DNA of 64,000 nucleotides from Amphiscolops sp. MND2022. Taxonomy: Eukaryota. Below the pieces are notes generated by a model. The model was not told the DNA's origin. It was given only the letters and a program-made list of their open reading frames with translations, and ran no database searches. Below, in pieces: positions 54,788-64,000 of the stretch (the stretch's first letter is position 1; the number at the start of each line of letters is the position of its first letter). A program made the position numbers and the translations under genes. The stretch spans positions 81,284,001-81,348,000 of the forward strand of contig OZ076409.1 of NCBI GenBank assembly GCA_964187785.1. The letters run 5' to 3'.

Positions 54788-57700
54788 GTAAGCGAAGTTT
54801 TTCACTGAGGGGTTAATATTCTGTATTAGTTCAATAGCGGTCCGCATTTCTTGTTTAGTAGCGTTTACTTTCAACAGCATTGGGTCATTGTCTACCGTAT
54901 GTACAAGATTCTTTAGGTGTGTAGCAAAATCCGGTTATAGCCATCTGGAGTTCCATCTAAGAAGGATGTGACTTCTACTCACATCTTCGGTGTAGCTATG
55001 GTCGTTAGATAAATTAAAATACTTCTGATGTAAATTTGTTTCATTTTTTTTCTCTGAGAGGTGTTGAATGTTAATGAATTTGGTTGTTGAAAAACTCGTT
55101 TCCTCAAATGATCATGATAGTGTAGAACTTTCGTTAGAAGTTTGGCTGAGATGATTTGAACAACAATGTCTATTGGAGGTATGCTCAGTAGCACTTCTGT
55201 AGCCATTGAATTCGGACGATACCTTGTCTCTTAAACATCGCGATTGACAAACGAATCAAATTATTGTGCCAAACACTATCAAATGCTTTTTTTAGATCAA
55301 GGTTAATGAGAGCAGCTTTCTATTTGTCCCTGGCAAGTATTTCGTATTCAAGCTTGAGTCGGTATAGTGAACGAATAGTGCTCTTTTTAGGAATCGAGCT
55401 TTCTTGTTCGTGGTCAATTACGCTGTTATTCATCCGGAAAGATTTTCAATCTGTTGTTTATTATCCTCTCACACACTTTACCAACATGGCTGCTCATGCA
55501 GATGGGTTTATATGCAGAGGGATCAGTCTAGTATGGTTCAGAAGGTTTCTTATTGAAAAGAACAAGAGATTCAGTCCAGGGTCATACATTTGTTGTTAGG
55601 CAGCAGTTGAAGAGATTCCCAAGATATGTACGGAATTTTGGGCCAGATTTGACAATCATCCTACAGTGGAAGTTGTTTTCGTCAAATGAACATGCTCTGT
55701 TGTGAAGTTGTGAAATGACGTTATCAAGTTCATGCATCTGGACATCTTCACTCTACCATACATTATCCCGTCTTTGTTTTTGCTCGAGTTGTTGAATGAA
55801 TTCAATTTGTTGATTTGTCATTTGCTCAAAATTTTGGTCAAAATCCTTTTCATTCAAATGTTTTCCGATTCAAAAAATGTCCATGAGTACATGGGTTTTT
55901 TCTGTGGCTGTGAAGCAAAGTCCATTTTTACATTTTAGAGGAGCAATCAACGTGTTTTTTCATTAGAGAAGACCTTTTTTAAGTTTTTTCCAGAACACAT
56001 TTCCGTGATGGGCCTTGTTAAAATCTTGCTGTTTATTTTTAGTTCAGTTAGTTGCTGCCGTATCAAGTTTTTTATGACTTTTTCACGAGCGTCGTTCAGA
56101 GATGCTTGATTTCCTGGAGTCGAGGTACGTTTGAATCGTTTTCGAAGCTGTCTTAAGCTGTTGCTTAAGTTCGTAAGATGTGTGTTTCAAAAGGGCTTAC
56201 TAGATACTGACCTACATTTGGTTGGGATGCATAGCTGATATACTTCTATCAGTAACTTGGTAATTGTCAGCCATGATTCATCAGGGTTATTGTATATCGG
56301 GATGGCAGGGTCCGTTCATTTACTGGCTTCCTTCCCAAAGCTTCACGCCATCTGTCCCAGTCAGCATTTCCCAGGTCAAATTTAGTTTCTCTGTTGTTGC
56401 TTCTGGTTGGTATGTCAAAATTTACATGTACAGGACATGTCCTATATTAAGAAAGCCAGTGAACAGCCCGATTTCAGTGTCCGTGTAAGAGAAAAAATCC
56501 AGCTGGTTATACTGTCCTTAACGATGAATAAATCAAGGATGGAGGCTCCGTTAGCTGCGTAAAAAGTATATTCGCCATCACTCAGAATGTTCACCTCAGG
56601 CATTTTGACGAATTGTTCCAGCATTTCGCCACTCTTATTGCGTGTATCGACCCACAAAAGACTTCTAGGAGTTAAATCCCCCACGAAGATAACTGTACTC
56701 CCGTCATGTTACTTCTCTGGGCATAAGCTCTTGCATTTTCCAGTGATATAAAGAAGTCTTTAAAGAGTCTTCGGCGTTTGGAGGAATGAATGCAGTTGCT
56801 GGAAAGAAGAATTTATGACCTAGAATGAAGGTACACTGCGCACCAGATTGAGTCAAATGCTATTTTCCCTGGAAAGTCGAAATTTCACATCAGCTTACGT
56901 CTTTAGGTAATAAACGGGCAACCTCGCCATGATGCGCTAGCTGATGATGGGAAAACGTCCGATAATTTTTGAAAAAGTCATGCGAAATCCATTGTTTGGT
57001 TTCGTTTAGTGATATAGAGTCGGGTTTCACGTCATCTGTCTATTTTTCGAGTGAAATTCGTTTCGCGATTGACAATCCGGAGGCGTTTAGCTGAATGAAT
57101 GAAAGCTTCTTCACTTCAGTCATTCCACGTTATTGAGTCAATCTTCGTTCGTAGGAAACTTGGAATGCGTATTTTACGTTGTTTGTACACTTTGGACGCA
57201 TGGTTAAGATAAGTTTCACAGAATGGGACTTCAGCACTGTGGTTCATCTAAGAGTTCGCGCATTTAATTGCATTGCCTCCTTCGCATTCACCGGTTTGAT
57301 GCTGGTTAGCGCATTTGCAACATTTAGGGGCGCATTTGCAGATTTTAGCTACAGGCCCAAGCGTTTGGCAGTTATAACACCGAATACTTGAGATCTTTTG
57401 TTCTTCGCTGTTTTATATGCTTGAAAGTATTGCTCATTCAGCAAGAGTCCTTCAGACAATGTTTTTTCCTGGTCTTTTTTGCTTGGAAAGAAAATTTCCA
57501 CAGTGTTCAAAACACTCTTATCTTTTTTGATGAATTATCGGGATGAATCTCTTGCTCCAAAAAATTTTTCTTCCAGAAGTGTAGTTAACTTTACATCCGT
57601 GAACTCTTCTGCTCTTGGCTTTTATCAGAACCGAGTGATTCTTTCGACTCGTTCGAGGTTGTCTGCAATTTGTTTCAGATCCAAGAAAACTCGGTTGCCA

Positions 57701-59200
57701 CTCCATTTCGAATTCTTTTGACTCTTCTCCTGATTCGAGATGTATGTGTCCTCTAGCTGCTCTGAAGGCGCACAGCAATTGTTTCTTGGGGAAACCTTTC
57801 GAGAAGTTTCGTTTATTATCGGCGCAACTTTTTTAGGAGGGATCAGCATTTTCAACAGTAAGTATCGAAGACAGGTCACGCGGTACGAAGGTTTTGAATA
57901 TAGTACTTAGTTTTGTACTTCCAGTTGCAGCTGCAGTTGCGTAGGTAGAAGACATTTTCTTTACAGCATCTTTGACCGAACTTATCTTTGGTAAAACTCC
58001 GAATGCTATTTTGTTGATCGACGGCATCGTTGCAGCGATATCGTCATTTAGTTTCATGTTACTTTGTGTAGCAATAGTTGTAGCATTAGCGGAGGAGTCT
58101 AATTTGGTTGAGTTGCACTGTAGAGTTGTTCAATGGTCTTGATTTATATCCATTGGTACGTCGAGTTTCTTGTCTATTGTCTCTAAACCTTTAGGTCTGA
58201 CGTAATGTTTCACACCTGGGAGGCATTCTTTGCAAAACCAAAGGATAGATTCTTTTCCATCGATTGCTTTGATTGTTGGTTCTGCTATTTCGGTGCCTTG
58301 TTGTTGAAACCGGCGTTCGCATGCTGTACTTTCGATCGCAATCGTTCCAGATACAACAGCGTTGTTGCAAGAACCGCAAGAATCAATGAGTTCCGTAGTT
58401 GAGATAGTACGGTCTTTTTTGTTTTGAAGGGCATTTTCCTAACCACGATAATTAAGTCCCTGTGCACTTAGGAGAAAAGATGGAGCAGATTACCTCAGTT
58501 GCCTTTCGATTTCTTCTTGTTGCGCATTCTTTTTCGTGTTTTTGATTGCTTTTCCAAGACGAGGCTATATTCTGCTGACTTTTTTCGTAGTATTTTTGAG
58601 ATACAATTGCACTCCAGTATAGGCCAGGGGTGGACTTTTATTTATTTCAAGAGCAAATTCAGGTAATCTCTATATTCGTTTTGATAGAAGTTTCGTTTTC
58701 GCGTCAATAATGCTGATATCAAGTTGCCGGAGATCTTCTTAAATGCTTGAGGTACTGAATTGTTGGCCGTAAACAATTGCATTCTTCCTCTGCTGCTTCA
58801 GTATTTCCACAAGCTCTACTCTAGAGCAGTAATAATACTGCGGTATAATTGTTGCTTTTATGTCTTGTGATGTTGTTGTTGATGACGTCGTGCCAGCAGA
58901 CAAGATTTTTTCTGTTTTTGAAAATACTTTGTCTCTGTAAGTAACCAAAGATTTAAGGTTTTTCAGATCTGGTATTGAAAGATAGTCCAGAGACGGCCAA
59001 GGATCTTTTTTGGATAGATTTCAAAGGGTAAGGTGCGTTTTTGAAGGCTCTATAGAGGGAACTTGCTTCTATCAGGTAAACCATAAGCAGGTAGGAAAAG
59101 ATGGGAAAAGGAACAAAGTAACAATTTTGCAGGGCTTTGCAGCTGGGGCACTTAAGAAAGGAAACGGTTGTGCCGAGGAGTCGTTTTTTTTCAGTGTCCG
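54788..59200 (-). mobile_element. Decayed LINE (PHD+CCHC ORF1, APE-RT ORF2 with internal deletion)
   Basis: PHD remnant CGSC...WFCKEC (~58222-58375); three knuckles CYNCQTLG.. (~57240-57380); ORF2 start MTEVKKLSFIQLNASGLS (57123); APE GDL / SILDLF; RT DLKKAFDSVWH (~55270) then a jump to the C-terminal region. Confidence 0.85.
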
Positions 59201-59542
59201 GTGAAGATCATTGTTTCGTCGTCGAAACATTTTATCTGAAGTTGACTTTTTAAATACGAGAACCTATTTAATAAATTTATCACAACAATTAGGCTTATAT
59301 CATCATATAGTTATATCAAAATATAATACATCTGCTTTATATGAAATTACCTAGTCTTACTTGATTCATCAGTTTATCGCTAGAAACTTTGAGAGAAATA
59401 AATTGAAAATGGCGACCGATAGATAAATTTGGTTGCTGCTGTTTTATTGAAAGGTTTTCAAAATATGCCGTTCTTAAAAGTGGACCAACTCTGATCTGAT
59501 TTGTAGAAACCGTTTATAGTTTTTATAAGCATTGAGTACTGA

Positions 59543-61890
59543 GAAGAAGAAGAAGAAGAAGAAGAAGAAGAAGAAAAAGAGATCAATTAACCTTCGGGAT
59601 GTGGCAGTACAAATGACTTTCTATCATTGATTCCAGAACGAAGTAAATAGTATAAATAGAATTGACACAGAAGGAAGGCAAGTGAGGATTGCAGGGTTAT
59701 TAGAAATAATCGATGCTCGCAATAAAGCCAGCCAACGCGCTTTTAACATGCTTGTTTTCGCACTTGAGCAAACCAACTAGCGTTTCGTCATTATTTTTGA
59801 TTTTAAAGCTCCTTAATGAAACTCTCTCGGTGTTCTTGGTATGAGACTCAGGAAAATATGAAATGTGCAGTATCATCGACAACTGTACAATAAGGACAAA
59901 TATCGGTTTTTGCTCTTTTTAATTCTGAATAATCTTTCCCGTACTTCAAAATCATGAAAATTTCCTAGGATATGGTGCAAGCATTTTCATGATGCTGTTT
60001 CTTACTTTAAGCTCTGAGTAGTTTGAGTACATCAGACCTTGTTTTATTTCTTGTTGCCATAAAGGCCTGCAGTACTCATCCACCTCCTTCTTAAAAGTAC
60101 TGACTGAGGATTGTCTAGCGTATTGTATGTATATTGCCTTAATTTCATCAAGATCACGATTTACAATTGAAAGTTTGTGTACCAAAAGTAATCTCACCAT
60201 ATTAATATGTTGGGGTATGATTGCTAAATTACCTGGGTTTAGATTATCTGCACTTCTAGCAGTTGAATGTAGAAACATTAATGCTTGATTAGTGTAGGGT
60301 AGAGAAGGAGGCCAAATATTACTTGAAACACTAACTACGTGTTTCGATACTTGGTAGTTTCTTATCCCAAAGATAGATATATGAACACTCCACCACATCT
60401 TGTCCGGAGATGTCATATTTTGATGAAACGAAATAGTCATACAGTACGTGACACGTGGTTTCACATATGAATCAAAGCTACGTACAGCGTAAAATGGGTT
60501 TAATTATTCTTGCGTTATAAGTATACTAGTTTCTTTCCAGAAATTAACCATTGAGGCAGAGATAATGGCAGCATGTGTTTTGAATATCAAATCTCGCTCA
60601 AACCATAGGCCCAGTATTTTACGTCTCTCAACAAATTTATAGTCGGACTGAAATACTCCTTTTGAAAAATTTATATGTTCAGTTTTGTCTTTATTCAGCA
60701 CCTGCCTCCATTTGTTTGTATAGTTTTCCGCCTTTTCTAAAGATGTGCTTAAATTTTTTTGCTTGAAAGAGAAGTACTGTCATCTGCATACTTATATGTT
60801 AAGTCCGCATCTTGGAGGAAGCCCTTCATATAAAATATAAACAAAAGTGGTGACAGTACAGCCCCTGAGGTGAACCATAAAGAGTGACAAATGATGTGTC
60901 GATATAATCAATGACTTGGAGACTGACTTTCCGATTCGATGAAAAAGATTTTATTGTAGCTAACGTTGAACCATTTAAACCACTGTTTACTAGCTTGCTT
61001 AGCAATAAAGTTTGATCTACGGAATCAAAATCGTTCTCTACATCATATACTGTTGCTATTGAAAAATCTTTCATTGCTAAGATATCATGAAATAAATTGT
61101 ATAAACAGAGCAAAGTTGACTTGCCTGGCTGAAAGCCAAATTGTTGCTCATCAATGTCGAGGATATCTGATGATCTTAGTCTTCTATCTATCTCTCGTCC
61201 AATTACTTTTCCTAAAAGGGATGTAAGTGAAATAGGTCTCCATGAAGATGGATTAGAATAATCAGTTTTGCCAGACTTTTTCAAGAACTTGACTATGGTT
61301 TTATCAAATGGCCAAATCCTCATGAAGAATGCACTGTTTATCAAGTTCAAAGATATGCTAATGGTGTTGAATTTGAATTTCTTTCCTAGTTTAGGGTGAA
61401 GTCCATAAGGATCCACGCCCTTGTTGTTTGTCTTCATTTTCTTTATGGCTTGTTTAAGTTCATCCATTGTAAATCGCATGTTTAAATCCTTCTTGACCGC
61501 CTCCTTGTAATAATCCCCAACGATGTGAGCCAATTTTTCTTTCACTTATACTTTTGTTTTTTCATAAAAAACGTCGTCAAATAGTTTACCAGTAAGGTGA
61601 GCGCCCTCGAAGTAAATACGTTTAAAGAGCGCAACCTTATGGGAATCCTTTTCCAGTGTCTTACCCTTGTGACGAAGTACTCCTATGTTATTTAAGTCCA
61701 TTGAACAATTGAATTTGCGGATATTATCGAAAAATGTTTTTGTGTTTCCCATATCCATTTGCATGATGCCATTTTGCGTCCAACGGGTATTTTTCTTTTT
61801 CATTTCCTTGTTGAATTCGATTTTTGCCACTTCAACAATGGTTTTGTTTTTCGGGTTACATTGGAGTCTATGTTTTTTGCGTGCATCTTT
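59543..61890 (-). mobile_element. 5'-truncated decayed LINE with (TTC)11 3' tail
   Basis: RT motifs WRPISLTS, QFGFQ, FDSV, GSPQG and YADD (~60779-60790); (GAA)11 at 59543-59575 on the + strand. Confidence 0.85.
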
Positions 61891-61900
61891 CAATTTTTCA

Positions 61901-62766
61901 GAAAACAGGAAATGCTTAAAATGCGATCATATTGTAAAAACTGTAAATGGCGGAAAAAGCGGCATGCACAATCATATCAAGAAATGTTTGGGTAGAGCTG
62001 GAGATCGAACCCTGGATATTGGCCAGAGTCAGCTGAATTACAATATTTCTCCAAGAAATACTTCCAAGAGAGGTCTGTCAAAAATTGCTAGATTGGTTTA
62101 TTCAGCAAATATTCCTATTACAAAACTAACAAGGTCGGAGGATTTTGCTGAAATATTCAGGGATGTAGAATATGCCAGAGTAAATTATGATATATTAAAC
62201 GGGGAGCTGGAATGGCAGTATCATATCCTAGTTTCTAGAATTGAGTCAGACATGGCAAAGCGAGATCCCAAAGAGCTATTAGTCCTCTCACTTGATAAAT
62301 GGACTTCAAGTGATAACAAAAAACTTATTGGATTTTACCTTTATTTGAATGGTTTAACATATTGCTTGGGTCTGGTACACTACGTTGGGTTTTGCGGCAG
62401 TGAGAAAATAATTGTGCATATTCGACGGCTTTCTAAGAACTTTGATTTAAACTTGCAGGACGTTTCGGTAATTGTTTCTGATTGCGGGTCTGACGTTCAA
62501 AAAGTTGCAAAGTTGCTTAAAATAGCATCGTTCCCTTGTCTGGCTCATGTCATAAACTTAATTGCAAAACGGCTTTTGTTGTCAAGAGCAGCCAATATTG
62601 AAAGCGAGGATGATGATTTACACGAAATGCCTGTAGATGAAGTTACCAATGCCGCTGAAATTCTCAATGATTCGCTATCGAACGTTGTTTCCCGCTCGAG
62701 AGCAATTGTCAGCAAGATAAAGCGCTCATCGGCTTTACAGGACAATATATGTCGTATTCAAGAAGT
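61901..62766 (+). pseudogene. hAT transposase fragment (BED finger, first two catalytic Asp, CxxH)
   Basis: KCLKC..GMHNHIKKC, LSLDKWTS, VSDCGSDV and CLAHVINL; no C-terminal Glu or dimerisation domain. Confidence 0.88.
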
Positions 62767-63378
62767 ACTCAATGTTTTCACTCGATATATAAGTACTCGA
62801 TATATTTTCATATATGCAAAATTTTAAGCCTACCAGCTGCGATCCTGAATGCCTATTTTCTCTCTGTCGCCCAACAAAAAATTACTTAAAAATAGGCTTA
62901 CACCAGCTAATCATTCTAGGAACGTATTTCCTAACAAAAACAAGCATCTTATTGCTCCTAATTCTGGATCATAACTGATTATTGCAATACTTTGATTTTA
63001 CGTTTTACGTGATTGGCAATACATTTTACTTTTCGTTGATTTTTATGTTTAATGTTTAGTGTTATGTTTGATTTCAGTCAGTGCTAAAAATTTTGTTTTT
63101 TGTTTGTTTTGATTTGGTTTTTGAATGCGCATTAATCTGTTTCTTTCGTATTTTTCGTTTTTGTTATAATAGTTGTTTTATGATTGTTTAGCTTCTGTTT
63201 ATCTTTTGTAAATCTTACGCGATATTCGACATTGTCAGTTCATGTATAAGTAAAATGTGTTGTATTTGTGTGACAGAGTTTATTATAAAACCAATTATCA
63301 ACCCAATTATCTAGAAAAATTTCAACCAATTATCAATTATTTCCGTTTCCAGAAAACCAATTTCAACCCAATTACCAA

Positions 63379-64000
63379 TTACACCGACCAATTACCAATT
63401 TCATGAAAAACCATATTATTGAATACCCTGTTCGTAGGTGCTTCCGTTATCATGCCATCCATGTTTTCCACCATAAAATTTTCCAGTTGTATGCTTATTT
63501 CTTCCCAATATGCCATTTTGTAGTTTAACACACATCGTTTAGGATTATCATATTTCACAGGAATATCTATATCAAATAGAACAAGCCAATGACCTTGCTC
63601 TGGAGCAGCAGAGAAGAATTCAATATCCTCGATCACTCGTGCATTGCATACCAGATCACAGCACTTCTGTTCAGTGATGCAAAAATCGATTATGCTGCTA
63701 CCTTTCTTGCTTGCAGAGACAAGACTGAGAATCAGGGATGTTAAATCAATAATTGGAAAAAACAATCATTGCAATGATTGGCGACAAGTACCTGATGGCT
63801 AATTATTCTCCTCCACAATTATTGATTGCTAATTTTCCAATTATTGGCAATTATTCGACTAAGGTCTTGCAGAGGGAAAATATTGACTTGTCGTCAGTTT
63901 TAGCTTTATAGTTTTATTCGATGAAACATGCCGTAAATTTAAGGAATTGGTCAAGAAAACAAGTAATTTGGTTCGAATGCTCGTATAGTCAAAAGAAGGC
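63379..64000 (-). pseudogene. LINE APE endonuclease fragment
   Basis: GSSIIDFCI, GHWLV and NYKMAYWEE resemble the APE C-terminus (SxID, DHxxI, YxKADW). Confidence 0.7.

Noticed and set aside
54475..54880. ORFs spanning the N run
   Set aside because: Artefacts of the assembly gap.
61685..61900. N-terminal part of the 380-aa ORF as a real LINE-hAT fusion protein
   Set aside because: It is the antisense strand of LINE ORF2, open by chance; hAT homology starts only at ~61901.

Overview
This is AT-rich, repeat-dense eukaryotic DNA, most likely from an invertebrate animal, with a 200-N scaffold gap at 54588-54787. The only host gene visible is the 3' part of a six-exon, + strand gene (5062-17799, about 415 aa visible). 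It ends in a beta-propeller tail of the LRRK/ARHGEF10-17/JIP3-4 type. Its introns hold MITEs, Helentron/DINE-like repeats and an intact Tc1-like transposon with DD35E spacing. The centrepiece is a young, giant 18.9-kb Ty3/Gypsy LTR retrotransposon (31074-49992) whose 722-bp LTRs appear identical. Its ~3137-aa Gag-Pol is split by one 8-bp duplication. It carries a degenerate protease-like domain before the active protease, and a post-integrase tail with an AT-hook, a Cys cluster and two TARG1/OARD1-like pseudo-macrodomains. A 1426-aa non-env third ORF contains an SGNH-fold-like pseudo-hydrolase. The element also has a tRNA-Arg PBS displaced 15 nt from the LTR (a displacement shared by a degenerate relative at 52830) and an apparent 3-bp TSD. 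The rest of the window holds decayed APE-RT LINEs (two with a PHD+CCHC ORF1), an ORF-containing solo LTR of a second family, a perfect 54-bp palindrome, a homogeneous 101-bp tandem array and a hAT remnant interrupted by a LINE. All domain calls are by-eye motif recognition; no database searches were run.
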